The notes under the pieces are model-generated. The model saw only the letters and a list, made by a program, of their open reading frames with translations, did not search any database and was not told where the DNA came from. 64,000 nucleotides of DNA from a virus (lineage: Duplodnaviria > Heunggongvirae > Uroviricota > Caudoviricetes): IMG/VR virus record IMGVR_UViG_3300042401_001180; one strand, 5' to 3'. Positions 39,969 through 50,497 of this stretch are shown piece after piece (positions within the stretch are counted from its first letter, which is position 1; each line of letters begins with the position of its first letter). Position numbers and translations under genes: made by a program.

Positions 39969-40607
39969 ATGGGATCACAAGAAGAATTAATGCAAAGACT
40001 TGCAGTATCAAAAAAAATTATGGAGAAATCCGAACAAATAAAAAATGGAAATGCCAGAAAAATAAATACACCTATGATTGAGGAGTTTAATCCCGTTCAA
40101 GCCACGTATAATTTACCACAGGAATTTATTTCAGAACAACCACAACAAAAACAGTATCACGATCCAACAAAACCGTTGGATGAGAATAGAATTGCTAACT
40201 CAAAACTACCTGATGAGATTAAAAGACTAATGATAGAACAACCAATAATCCAACCTAACTCTGTCGGTGGTGGTGTTGAAATTTCCGATGAGGTAATACA
40301 AGGAGCGCAAAGATTAATGAATATGGGTAAAACTAAAATATCTGATTTCCCAAATAAAAATGTATCTGAAAATATTAGTGTTACTGACACAAAATCAAAT
40401 CATAATACAACCAACATTAACATAAACGAAATGAAGTCCATGATTAGGGATGTTGTTAGAGATACCGTTAGAGATGTTGTCAGAGAAGAATTAAAAGAAT
40501 CGGGAATGTTAGTTGAGTCTACAACTAATAGTAATGAGGTTATACAATTTAAAGTGGGTAACCATATTTTTATTGGTAAGGTAACTAAAGTCAAAAAAAT
40601 ACAATAA
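39969..40607 (+). CDS. Hypothetical protein
   Basis: 212 aa ORF with an RDVV/RDTV helical repeat, followed by a terminator. Confidence 0.65.
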   Translation: MGSQEELMQRLAVSKKIMEKSEQIKNGNARKINTPMIEEFNPVQATYNLPQEFISEQPQQKQYHDPTKPLDENRIANSKLPDEIKRLMIEQPIIQPNSVGGGVEISDEVIQGAQRLMNMGKTKISDFPNKNVSENISVTDTKSNHNTTNININEMKSMIRDVVRDTVRDVVREELKESGMLVESTTNSNEVIQFKVGNHIFIGKVTKVKKIQ

Positions 40608-40624
40608 TTTTATTTTCAAATAGT

Positions 40625-40653
40625 AAAATCCACCTAATTTGGGTGGATTTTTT
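40625..40653 (+). terminator. Rho-independent terminator
   Basis: AAAATCCACC-taatttg-GGTGGATTTT followed by more Ts. Confidence 0.8.
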
Positions 40654-40688
40654 GTTTTATATCTACTATATTTTATTAAAAGTTTTAT

Positions 40689-41903
40689 ATGAACAAAATT
40701 AAAGTATTAGTATTACCATCCGATAGAACAGGTGTTGGAAAATTTAGAAGTATCGACCCACACGTTTGTTTACAAAATAACCATTCAGATGAATTTCATG
40801 TGGATATAGAATATGAACCAAAAGTGGATGACATAAATTATTGGAAACAATATCAAATTGTACATTTTCATAGAAGTATTGGGCAAGATTATGATAAATC
40901 TGTTAATCTAATCCAAACACTAAATAGTATTGGTATTATTACTATAATGGACCTTGACGACTATTGGTTACCAACAAAGGAACATCCCGTACATCAATTG
41001 ATTGTTCAAAACAATATACATAAAAAAATTATTGAAAACTTAAAAGTTGCGTCGTATGTAACCACAACTACAACAGTTTTTGCTAACGAAATGATGAAGT
41101 TTAATAAGAACGTTTTTGTTTTACCAAACGCAATTAACCCAAATGAACCTCAATTTAAATACGAGACATCACCTTCAGATAAGTTACGTTTTGGATGGTT
41201 AGGAGGATCTTCACATTTACACGATTTAAAACTATTAGACGGGACAATCTCCAAACTAAGTACACACAAAGATAAATTTAGTATGTATCTTTGTGGTTTT
41301 GATACTAGAGGTACGGTAACAGAAATAAATCAACAAACAGGAGAACAAAAACAAAGAGATATAAAACCTGAAGAAACGGTTTGGGCAAGATATGAAGAGA
41401 TATTCACAAATAAATATGGAATGGTTGACCCAAAACATAAAGAATTTCTTATGAAATTTAAAGAAGAAGAATATATTTCAAACACTTTACCATTTTATAA
41501 TCGTGTTTGGACAAAACCTGTTACAAGTTACGCATCAAATTATAGATTATTTGATGTTTCTTTAGCACCAATTAAAAACCATATCTTTAATAAAGTTAAG
41601 TCACAATTAAAAGTTATTGAGGCAGGATTTTATAAAAAGGCTATAATTGCGTCTAATATTGGACCATATACTATCGATTTAAAACACTCATTAAAAAATG
41701 GTGAATTTACTGATGGTAACGCACTTTTAGTTGATGAAGCAAGAAACCACAGTGATTGGGCAAAATATATGAAAAAACTAATCGATAACCCTAATTTTGC
41801 ATATGACTTAGGACAAAGATTATATGAGACAGTGAAAGACACGTACGATTTAAATAAAGTGACTGCCGATAGGGCGAGTCTATATAAATCCTTAATAAAA
41901 TGA
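40689..41903 (+). CDS. Glycosyltransferase, GT-B fold (GT4-like)
   Basis: DLDDYW, VLPNAI, FGWLGGSSHLHDL, DVSLAPI...FNKVKSQLKVIEAG...IIASNIGPY. Confidence 0.85.
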   Translation: MNKIKVLVLPSDRTGVGKFRSIDPHVCLQNNHSDEFHVDIEYEPKVDDINYWKQYQIVHFHRSIGQDYDKSVNLIQTLNSIGIITIMDLDDYWLPTKEHPVHQLIVQNNIHKKIIENLKVASYVTTTTTVFANEMMKFNKNVFVLPNAINPNEPQFKYETSPSDKLRFGWLGGSSHLHDLKLLDGTISKLSTHKDKFSMYLCGFDTRGTVTEINQQTGEQKQRDIKPEETVWARYEEIFTNKYGMVDPKHKEFLMKFKEEEYISNTLPFYNRVWTKPVTSYASNYRLFDVSLAPIKNHIFNKVKSQLKVIEAGFYKKAIIASNIGPYTIDLKHSLKNGEFTDGNALLVDEARNHSDWAKYMKKLIDNPNFAYDLGQRLYETVKDTYDLNKVTADRASLYKSLIK

Positions 41904-42631
41904 TAAACATACCCATTACAAAAATTTTATTCCTTGACATTGAAACTGTCGGGGGATGTCCTGATTATGAATCTTGCCAAAAGTTTAGTCCTGAAATTGC
42001 CAATCAGTATGTTAAATATTATGATTGGTTTAAAAAAAGATTTCCTGAGGACCACATTGAGTCACCAAGAACAAAAATAGAATCCGAGAAAAGAATGCAT
42101 GAAGTTTTTATAAAACGAGCAGCATTAGTTCCTGAATTTGCAAAAATTGTTTGTGTTTCTATGGCGTTTGTTATGGATAACGGTGAAGTTAAAAAACAAA
42201 CATTTTCAGGAGACGACGAAAAAGAATTACTAATACAAGTAAGAAATCTTTTAGATAGATGCCATAAATTAGATTTCTATTTATGTGGACACAACCTTAA
42301 GAATTTTGATATCCCTATGTTGGCAAAAAGAATGATAATAAACGGAATTTTACCGTCTAAGTTATTACCATCTTACGACACGAAGCCTTGGGAGGTGAAA
42401 GCCATTGATACAAAAGAAATTTGGCAATACGGTTCTTACACGTCAATAGGTTCCTTAGATTTGGTTTGCTCCACAATGGGAATACCAACACCAAAAGACG
42501 GAGAAATAACAGGAGATAAGGTACATCACGCGTATTGGGTTGAACAAAAATTACCTCAGATTGCTGAGTATTGTGAAAAAGATGTTGATGTGTTAGTTGA
42601 ATTTATAAAACAATTAAAAGATTTAAAATAA
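41900..42631 (+). CDS. DEDD 3'-5' exonuclease (PolB-exonuclease-like, stand-alone)
   Basis: LFLDIET, GHNLKNFDIP, YCEKDV. Confidence 0.85.
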   Translation: MINIPITKILFLDIETVGGCPDYESCQKFSPEIANQYVKYYDWFKKRFPEDHIESPRTKIESEKRMHEVFIKRAALVPEFAKIVCVSMAFVMDNGEVKKQTFSGDDEKELLIQVRNLLDRCHKLDFYLCGHNLKNFDIPMLAKRMIINGILPSKLLPSYDTKPWEVKAIDTKEIWQYGSYTSIGSLDLVCSTMGIPTPKDGEITGDKVHHAYWVEQKLPQIAEYCEKDVDVLVEFIKQLKDLK

Positions 42632-43242
42632 TGTTTGGAAAATTAAAAGAAATGAAAGAACAGATGGACATGTTAAATAGTCTTCAATCTACTGTTGGTG
42701 AAGTTGATATGTCAAATCCTGAATCCATGTTAGAATCAATGGGAATTAATGTGGAGGACATTGAAAACCATTTTAATCAAATTAATTTTAATGGGGAATT
42801 TGAAAAAATACCTTTAAATTTTATTAATGATTCTGAAAATAGTGATCCTGAGTATGCTTACGAATCCGATTCGGGATTTGATTTAAGATCAACAGAAGAT
42901 ATTTGGGTACAGGCAAATGATAGAAAACTAATACCTACAGGACTTAGATTTGACATCCCTTTAGGTTATGAGATACAAGTAAGATCTAAAAGTGGGTTGG
43001 CTCTAAATCAAGGATTAATGGTTTTAAATTCTCCAGGTACAGTAGATAGTGGGTATCAGGGAGAAATAAAAGTAATCATATTTAATACCACTAAAGATAG
43101 GATTAAAATAGAAAAAGGACAAAAAATTGCACAAGCGGTTTTATGTCCCGTTTTAAACGGTAAATGGGTTGATTTAGTTAAAGTGGAATCTATACAAGAA
43201 AAAGATAGAAATGATAAAGGTTTTGGATCAACTGGTTTATGA
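42631..43242 (+). CDS. dut: Trimeric dUTPase with an N-terminal extension of about 55 aa
   Basis: SGFDL, RSKSGLA, PGTVDSGYQGE, KIAQAV, RNDKGFGSTG. Confidence 0.95.
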   Translation: MFGKLKEMKEQMDMLNSLQSTVGEVDMSNPESMLESMGINVEDIENHFNQINFNGEFEKIPLNFINDSENSDPEYAYESDSGFDLRSTEDIWVQANDRKLIPTGLRFDIPLGYEIQVRSKSGLALNQGLMVLNSPGTVDSGYQGEIKVIIFNTTKDRIKIEKGQKIAQAVLCPVLNGKWVDLVKVESIQEKDRNDKGFGSTGL

Positions 43243-44705
43243 TAACAATAGGATTTTCAACTAGACAAGATAATCAAAAATATGTTGATTATCTTAAAAA
43301 AACTTCAGGATTAAAAGATGTTGAGGTAATACAAAAAATTAATAATGGGGATAAAAGCCTATCTCAAGTTTATAATGATATATTAACTGAATCTAAATAC
43401 GATACAGTCGTATTATGTCACGATGATATTGAATTTGATACTCGGCCGTGGGGTAAACGAATTATAAAACATTTTACAAATACCGACTTTGGGATACTTG
43501 GGGTTGCCGGTACCACTGATATGCCTGAAAGTGGTATGTGGTGGGAAGACAAAAGAAAGATGATAGGAATCGTTAACCATAAACATGAAGGTAAAAAATG
43601 GGAATCAAAATATTCTAAGAGTTGGGGGGACGACGTAACCCAATCCTGTCTTGTTGATGGTTTATTCATAGCTATAAATAAAAAATTAATCTCTGAAAAT
43701 TTTGATGAGTCCGTGAATGGATTTCATTTTTATGACATACAATTTTGTATTAATAACTTTTTAAAGGGGGTTAAAATTGGGGTAATATATAATATAAGGT
43801 TGACACATTTATCTATTGGTCAAACAAATGAAAAATGGGAAGAAAATAGATTAATTTTTTCGGAAAAATTTAAACAACATTTACCCATTAAATCTAACAT
43901 TAATTTAGATTATAACCAGAGTAAGGAATTCAAACATATAAAAAAATATAATCTAAGGATAGTAATTAATAGTGGAAAAAATATACAGTGGGTTAAAGAT
44001 ATTATAACCAAAATAGAATCATTCAACATACCAAACTACAAAATAAACTTAATTAGTAATGAAGAAATTAGTGAGGATATTAAAAAATTAAGTAACGATA
44101 ATATTATCATATATGATGGGTTTTTTGATGAGTTATCTAAAAACCTATCAATTTTAAAATGGGGAGATGGGTTTATAGAAAAAGAGGATACGTTAATATT
44201 TTTTATAGATAAGGACGTTAAAATACTTAACAACGTATTTTCTTCTGTTTGTAAATTACATCACACAGAAAAAAGTAATTTCGGGTGTGCGTTTCCAGCA
44301 ACATTAAATGATGATATGACAATATTATCAACAGAGTTTAATTTATTTAAAAATAAAGAAAATCAGTTTAATTTATTATTAAAAGATAACGGATCGTATT
44401 ATAATTTAATAAGTGGACATAAATCAAATAAAATGGGTAACCTATCCGACGTATTTGTTACCACTTATAATAATTTAGTGAATAACGATTGGTTTGATAT
44501 ACAATACGAAACAAATTTAACGTTTAATGACTTCGCATTAAAGTGTGTGTCTAAAAACCAAAAATGTTTTATCGATGCTGACAGTATATCAACTCAAAAC
44601 ACTTTTAGTAATAGTGAAACACTAAATCAGGATATGAACAAATTTGTTCAGACATTAATGTCTAACCAAAAATATCAATCTTTAATACAAACAATAGATG
44701 GTTAA
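43239..44705 (+). CDS. Two-domain GT-A glycosyltransferase-like protein
   Basis: SLSQVYN, VLCHDDI, GILGVAG, VDGLFIA, FDE...FHFYD; the second domain looks like a degenerate GT-A. Confidence 0.75.
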   Translation: MITIGFSTRQDNQKYVDYLKKTSGLKDVEVIQKINNGDKSLSQVYNDILTESKYDTVVLCHDDIEFDTRPWGKRIIKHFTNTDFGILGVAGTTDMPESGMWWEDKRKMIGIVNHKHEGKKWESKYSKSWGDDVTQSCLVDGLFIAINKKLISENFDESVNGFHFYDIQFCINNFLKGVKIGVIYNIRLTHLSIGQTNEKWEENRLIFSEKFKQHLPIKSNINLDYNQSKEFKHIKKYNLRIVINSGKNIQWVKDIITKIESFNIPNYKINLISNEEISEDIKKLSNDNIIIYDGFFDELSKNLSILKWGDGFIEKEDTLIFFIDKDVKILNNVFSSVCKLHHTEKSNFGCAFPATLNDDMTILSTEFNLFKNKENQFNLLLKDNGSYYNLISGHKSNKMGNLSDVFVTTYNNLVNNDWFDIQYETNLTFNDFALKCVSKNQKCFIDADSISTQNTFSNSETLNQDMNKFVQTLMSNQKYQSLIQTIDG

Positions 44706-45480
44706 AATAGTTTCAGGTTATTCAGATAAGGGAGGATCAACAACGGCATTTATCAACTTAACTAATTTTTTCAATGAAAATGGAATTGAGTGTACTTTTT
44801 ATGGTCCACATGAATGGCATTTGAATAAGTGTAAATCAGGACTACTAAAAGATGTTATATATGATAAGGAAGATAATGTTATATTCCATTTTTTAGATTT
44901 AAAGGAAAGACCGAATATAAAAAAATCAATATTATCTTGTCATGAAAAATGGTGGTTCCCTGTTGGAAAAATTAAACAGTATTGGGACGAAGTTGTGTTT
45001 TTACATAACCAACATAGAGAATATCATGGGGATTATAATGGGAAATTTGTTATTATACCAAACCTAAAAGAGGATTTAAAACTTTCAGATAAAACATTAG
45101 TTTCTAATGTTGCTGGAATTATTGGTACAATAGAAGAAAGAAAACAAACCCACGTATCAATACAAAGAGCACTAAAAGATAAATGTGAAAAAATTTATTT
45201 ATTTGGTCATATTGGGGATGAAAAATACTTTAATAGTTATGTTAAACCCTTATTATTACCTAAAGTAATACAATACGGGCACACAACTAATAAACAAGAA
45301 ATGTATGATATGATCGGTAAGGTATATCACTCATCTAAAGGTGAGGTTGCTTGTTTAGTAAAAGACGAATGTTATTTGACAAATACAGAATTTTATGGTA
45401 ATGAAGAAACAGAAAATGAAGTTTCTAAATTAACAAATGATGAGGTATTAAATTTATGGAAAAATTTGTTTGAATTATGA
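44698..45480 (+). CDS. Glycosyltransferase, GT-B-like
   Basis: GGSTTA, SCHE, IIPN, IIGTIEERKQ, YHSSKGEVACLVKDEC (EX7E-like). Confidence 0.7.
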   Translation: MVKIVSGYSDKGGSTTAFINLTNFFNENGIECTFYGPHEWHLNKCKSGLLKDVIYDKEDNVIFHFLDLKERPNIKKSILSCHEKWWFPVGKIKQYWDEVVFLHNQHREYHGDYNGKFVIIPNLKEDLKLSDKTLVSNVAGIIGTIEERKQTHVSIQRALKDKCEKIYLFGHIGDEKYFNSYVKPLLLPKVIQYGHTTNKQEMYDMIGKVYHSSKGEVACLVKDECYLTNTEFYGNEETENEVSKLTNDEVLNLWKNLFEL

Positions 45481-46022
45481 AAAAAATATTTATAGACGGG
45501 GGGGCGAGAATTGGGGAGTCAATTGATGTACTATTAGAAACAAGAAAAGATTTAATCGGATGTGATGTGTATCTTTTTGAATGTAACCCATCCCACATTG
45601 AAACATTAAATGATATTTCAAACAATAATAAAAAATACAATTTTATCGTGAAGAATGAGGCGATATGGGTAGAAGAAACTAATAAAGATTTTTTTATATC
45701 TATTGATTATTGGGGGGATTTGGGTTGTACTCTATTACCTGAAAAAACAGAAAAATTAGATAGGGAAAATCCGGTAAATGTAAAATGTATAGATTTTGCC
45801 AACTTTATAAATTCTTTTATGGATGATGATTATTTAGTGGTTAAACTTGATATTGAGGGAGCTGAGTATGACGTGTTAAATCACTTAATTAACACTAACT
45901 CAATTACTAAAATAAATGAACTTTATGTTGAGTTCCACGATCATTTCTTTAACAGAAACTCTGAAAACATAAAAAATAGATTATCAAACTATAATATTAA
46001 ATGTAATTTTGAATGGATGTAA
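45477..46022 (+). CDS. FkbM-family SAM methyltransferase
   Basis: FIDGGARIG, FECNP, VKLDIEGAEY, VEFH. Confidence 0.85.
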   Translation: MKKIFIDGGARIGESIDVLLETRKDLIGCDVYLFECNPSHIETLNDISNNNKKYNFIVKNEAIWVEETNKDFFISIDYWGDLGCTLLPEKTEKLDRENPVNVKCIDFANFINSFMDDDYLVVKLDIEGAEYDVLNHLINTNSITKINELYVEFHDHFFNRNSENIKNRLSNYNIKCNFEWM

Positions 46023-46024
46023 AT

Positions 46025-46747
46025 ATGAAGATACACGCACACATATTATCATGGAATGAAGAAAAAATACTTCCATTTACTCTTGATTATTATTCTACAT
46101 TTTGTGAAGAGATTTATATACACGATAATATGTCCACAGATTCATCTGATGAGATATATAAAAAGTACCCAAAAGTGAAGGTATTAAAATGGGATAGTGA
46201 TAATCAGATAAATGAAATGAATTATATAAATTTAAAAAATAACGAATATAAAAAACACAGTAGAGATAAAGGTGTTGATTGGGTTATTGTTTGTGATTGC
46301 GATGAATTTTTATATCATCCTAATTTAATGGATATTCTACAAGATTATAAGGAAAATGGTATTACAGTACCAAGAGTTTGTGGACACGACATGGTAAGTG
46401 AAAACTTTCCAAATTATGACGGTAAATTAATCACAGAAAAGATAAAAGTAGGATCAGAAAGGTATCAACCTATGTGTAAGAACATCATATTTAATCCTAA
46501 TGTAGATGTTAGTTTCGGTGTTGGTGCACATAGTTTTTCATCCACTAATGGTGTATTTTCTGAAAACGAAGATTTAAAATTATTACACTATAAATTTTTG
46601 GGTAAGAACTACGTTAAAAAACTATACGTGGATAGGGCTAAAAGACTGTCGACTTTTAATAAACAAAATAAGTTTGGGGAACATTACTTTAATTTACCTT
46701 TTAAATATATGGATGAAGTGTTAAGTAAAAAACAAGAAGTCATATGA
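46025..46747 (+). CDS. Glycosyltransferase family 2-like
   Basis: WNEEKILP, HDNMSTD, WVIVCDCDEF, LLHYK. Start placed at the ATG just after the upstream stop. Confidence 0.8.
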   Translation: MKIHAHILSWNEEKILPFTLDYYSTFCEEIYIHDNMSTDSSDEIYKKYPKVKVLKWDSDNQINEMNYINLKNNEYKKHSRDKGVDWVIVCDCDEFLYHPNLMDILQDYKENGITVPRVCGHDMVSENFPNYDGKLITEKIKVGSERYQPMCKNIIFNPNVDVSFGVGAHSFSSTNGVFSENEDLKLLHYKFLGKNYVKKLYVDRAKRLSTFNKQNKFGEHYFNLPFKYMDEVLSKKQEVI

Positions 46748-47571
46748 GAAAAATATTAATTTCAGATTTTACAACAAAAGAAGCGCCTCATGGCGGATCA
46801 GAATGGGTAAATCAAGTTTTAATTGAACAATTAGGGTTAGAATTTGAGCATTCACAAAACGTACAATCATTTGATTCAAATACTTTTTATATCATATCTA
46901 ATATATCATTAATGAATCCGTCGTTGGTTCGTCAAATCCCTAATTTAAATTATATAATAATAGAAAACGATTATAAAATTTGTCCGTCAAGACATCCTTG
47001 GCGTTACCCTGATAACATCATACCATTAAGTGATAGAATCAATTACGACTTATATAGTAATGCGAAAGCGGTTTTTGTTCAAACTACAGACCACATGAAT
47101 GTTTATTTAAAAAATGATGTTAAAGCTAATTTTATAAATTTAGAATGTTCAATATGGTCAGATTCGGATATTAAATTATTAAACGAGTTATCAGAAAAAA
47201 ATAAAATAAAAAACGGTAAATACGGAATCTATTACACAAATAACTGGATTAAAAACACACAAGGTAATTTAAAATATTGTAGTGAAAATAAATTACCATT
47301 TTCAGTCATTAAAGAAAGTAATAATAGAGTTGAGTTTTTAGAATCATTATCAAAATGTGAGGGAATCGTTTTTTACCCTTTAGCTAGAGAAACGTTTTGT
47401 AGGTTAGTTGTAGAGGCTAAATGTATGGGACTTAAAGTAATAACTTCAAAAAATTATGGAGCATCTTTAGAGTCATGGTTTGATGAATTATCAGGAAAAG
47501 AATTAATAAATTTTCTTAAAATTAAAACAGAAGAAAATATAAATAAAATAAAAAATTATATAAAATTATGA
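46744..47571 (+). CDS. Glycosyltransferase, GT-B-like
   Basis: HGGSE N-terminus and ETFCRLVVEAKCMG (EX7E). Confidence 0.7.
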   Translation: MRKILISDFTTKEAPHGGSEWVNQVLIEQLGLEFEHSQNVQSFDSNTFYIISNISLMNPSLVRQIPNLNYIIIENDYKICPSRHPWRYPDNIIPLSDRINYDLYSNAKAVFVQTTDHMNVYLKNDVKANFINLECSIWSDSDIKLLNELSEKNKIKNGKYGIYYTNNWIKNTQGNLKYCSENKLPFSVIKESNNRVEFLESLSKCEGIVFYPLARETFCRLVVEAKCMGLKVITSKNYGASLESWFDELSGKELINFLKIKTEENINKIKNYIKL

Positions 47572-48182
47572 TTTTAAACGATTTATCCGAAAATATTTAC
47601 GTAATTAACTTACCTGAAAGAATGGATAGGAAAACCCATATTGTCAATCAATTATCAAACGTTGGTTGTGTTGATTATATTATTTTTCCCGGAGTTAACG
47701 GTAATGTAGAGAATAACCCGACAAGACTTAAAAATGGTATGTATGGATTAATAAAAACTTATTTAAACATTTATGAAGAATGGAAAAATAAAAAAACAGG
47801 TACAATAACCATAATTGAAGATGACTGTGTATTTGTTGATGGATTTAATGATAAGTCAATAATCTTTTATGAAAACGTGCCGAGTGATTGGGAAATGTTG
47901 TATTTTGGTGCGAACCATAATGGAGAAACGACTAAAAAAATAAATGAAAATTGTATAAAGTTAAGTTATTCATTTACTGCTCATTGTGTAATTCTAAAAG
48001 ACTATGTTTTTGAACATTTAATTTCACAAATAAAAAATTTTACAATTGAAAATGATGTGGTTATGGCTAATTTTCAACAACAATATAACGCTTATTGCTC
48101 AATAGATGCGTTAGCCACCCAAATTCCAAATTTTTCAAATATAGAAAATTGTTTTGTAAACTATGAACGTTGGATAAAATAA
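47568..48182 (+). CDS. Glycosyltransferase family 25-like
   Basis: YVINLPERMDR, IIEDD, WEMLYFG, TAHC. Confidence 0.8.
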   Translation: MILNDLSENIYVINLPERMDRKTHIVNQLSNVGCVDYIIFPGVNGNVENNPTRLKNGMYGLIKTYLNIYEEWKNKKTGTITIIEDDCVFVDGFNDKSIIFYENVPSDWEMLYFGANHNGETTKKINENCIKLSYSFTAHCVILKDYVFEHLISQIKNFTIENDVVMANFQQQYNAYCSIDALATQIPNFSNIENCFVNYERWIK

Positions 48183-49018
48183 TTATGGTTAATTTTATAT
48201 CTACCGCATATATTATGGGTGGACTTGGTAATCAAATGTTCCAAGTGGCTCACGCGGTATGTCAAGGATTTAAAAATAAAAAACCGTCTGTTTTTGAACC
48301 AATTACTTTCACACCTATGGGGCAATCAAAACCAATTACAAACTATATGGATAATATTTTTAGAAATATTTCATTTACTGACAATATAAAAGACAAAAAA
48401 AATGTTTATGAGCAGACTTGGAATGAACCTAAACTTAATTTTTTATGGGATAATAATATAGAGTTTTACGGGTACTTCCAAAGTAGCAAAAACTTTTTTG
48501 GGTATGATAAAGAAATGCAAATTCTTTTTGAACCTACAGAACAATTTATACAATATATAAATAATAAATTTGAAGATTTAAAAAATAAAAGGACAACATC
48601 AATACACATCAGAAGGGGGGATTACTTAACAATCAACAACATATTACCTACATTACACATATCTTATTTTAAAAAGTGTATAGATGAATTAGAAAAAGAT
48701 ACTGATATTTTTTTTGTTTTTAGTGACGATATGGAATGGGTAAAAAATAACATAAAACATGAAAAAATTATTTATGTAAATAACAATAAAGATTATGAAG
48801 ATTTATGGATGATAAGTTTGTGTAATAACAATATAATGTCAAACTCATCTTTTTCTTGGTGGGGTTCATTTTTAAACAAAAATAAAAATAAAAGAGTGTT
48901 ATGTCCAAATATTTGGTTTGGACCAAACGGACCAAACCCTTATGATAATGTTTACGTTGGTGATTGGATTAAAATAAAAGTTAAATATGAAAATGGGGAA
49001 TTAAAATATGAAGAATAA
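48170..49018 (+). CDS. GT11 alpha-1,2-fucosyl/colitosyltransferase
   Basis: GGLGNQMFQ, GYFQS, SIHIRRGDY, FSDD, NSSFSWWG. Confidence 0.92.
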   Translation: MDKIIMVNFISTAYIMGGLGNQMFQVAHAVCQGFKNKKPSVFEPITFTPMGQSKPITNYMDNIFRNISFTDNIKDKKNVYEQTWNEPKLNFLWDNNIEFYGYFQSSKNFFGYDKEMQILFEPTEQFIQYINNKFEDLKNKRTTSIHIRRGDYLTINNILPTLHISYFKKCIDELEKDTDIFFVFSDDMEWVKNNIKHEKIIYVNNNKDYEDLWMISLCNNNIMSNSSFSWWGSFLNKNKNKRVLCPNIWFGPNGPNPYDNVYVGDWIKIKVKYENGELKYEE

Positions 49019-49823
49019 AATAAAACTTGTGGATTCTACCTTTAGTCATTCTATTCTAGGGTATTGCAGCGACTTTCAAAAATCAAAAAATTTTGTTTGG
49101 GATAGGGATGTTTCAAACATAACTGATGAGGATTTGATTGTTTATACCGACAGTCGATTATATGAATCAAAAAATGCAAAAAATTCTATAGCTTGGCTTA
49201 TAGAACCTATTGATATATACGAAGAAAGTTATCGTTTTATTGAAAAAAATAATGATAAATTTTACAAAGTTTTTACACATGAAAAAACTTTATTAGACCA
49301 AAAATATAACTATGAGTTTTTGCCGTTTGGTTGTTGTTGGATTTATGAATATGATCATAAAATTTATAAAAAAAATAAAAATATAAGTATAATATCATCA
49401 GAAAAAACACACACAAAAGGACATCAATTACGACACGAAGTAATTACTAAGTTTAATGATTACATTGATGTGTACGGACGTAAATACAATCCAATAGATT
49501 ACAAATTAGACGGTCTAAAAGATTATAGATTTCAAATTGTTATAGAAAACACTAAGAGAGATTATTGGTTTTCTGAAAAATTAATAGACTGCTTAGTTAC
49601 CGGCACAATTCCGATTTATTGGGGATGTCCATCAATAGGTGATTTTTTTGATTTAAACGGGTTTATTATTTTTGACAAAATTGAAGATCTGAATGATATT
49701 ATCCCATCACTTAATGAAATAAATTATCAGAGCAAAATAGAGTCTGTGGAAAATAATTTTTTATTGTCAAAAAAATATATTTTACCTGACGAATTACTTT
49801 ATAAAAAATTAAAAAAAATATGA
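49008..49823 (+). CDS. GT10-like alpha-1,3-fucosyltransferase
   Basis: YRFQIVIEN...YWFSEKLIDCLVTGTIPIYWG is the GT10 signature. Confidence 0.85.
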   Translation: MKNKIKLVDSTFSHSILGYCSDFQKSKNFVWDRDVSNITDEDLIVYTDSRLYESKNAKNSIAWLIEPIDIYEESYRFIEKNNDKFYKVFTHEKTLLDQKYNYEFLPFGCCWIYEYDHKIYKKNKNISIISSEKTHTKGHQLRHEVITKFNDYIDVYGRKYNPIDYKLDGLKDYRFQIVIENTKRDYWFSEKLIDCLVTGTIPIYWGCPSIGDFFDLNGFIIFDKIEDLNDIIPSLNEINYQSKIESVENNFLLSKKYILPDELLYKKLKKI

Positions 49824-50497
49824 AAGATATATTAGTTAGTGTCATATTCCCAAGTAGGGGTAGAGGATATAAACTTTTGAGTACGTTAGATTCTATTATA
49901 GAAAAAACTAAAAATTTAGAAAGAATCGAAATATTAATAAAGATTGATGACGATGATAATGAAACATTAAAAATTTTAAAAACTTACAAAAATTTTAATT
50001 TGTTAAATATAATAATATCGGATAGAAAGAATGGGTACGCATCTTTAAATGAATATTATAATGAGTTATATGATAAATCAAATGGTAAATTTATTTTTTG
50101 CGCTAACGATGATATTTTGTTATTAACGGACGAATGGGATGGGTTAGTTAGTCAATATGAGAATGACTTTGTTTGTTTACATCATAATCCGACATTCCCA
50201 CACAACGACGTATGGTATTTTCCAATAATATCAAAAAAAATTTTAGATATTATTGGATGCGTATCAAAATCAGTTTTTTATGACGGTTATTTATTTTTTA
50301 TGTTAGAAGATTTGGGTATTTTTAGGAGAATAGATTTAACAATACAACACGAGTCAATAGATGACGATTTGACTGTTGATAAAAATAAAATTTTACAAGG
50401 GTTTAGGGAAGGGACTTGGGAATTTGACACAAAACGTGACTTAATGATTGAAGATAGAAATAAAATAATTAATTATTTAAATAATGAAAAAAAATAA
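49820..50497 (+). CDS. Glycosyltransferase family 2-like
   Basis: VSVIFPSRGR, KIDDDD, ANDD. Confidence 0.75.
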   Translation: MKDILVSVIFPSRGRGYKLLSTLDSIIEKTKNLERIEILIKIDDDDNETLKILKTYKNFNLLNIIISDRKNGYASLNEYYNELYDKSNGKFIFCANDDILLLTDEWDGLVSQYENDFVCLHHNPTFPHNDVWYFPIISKKILDIIGCVSKSVFYDGYLFFMLEDLGIFRRIDLTIQHESIDDDLTVDKNKILQGFREGTWEFDTKRDLMIEDRNKIINYLNNEKK

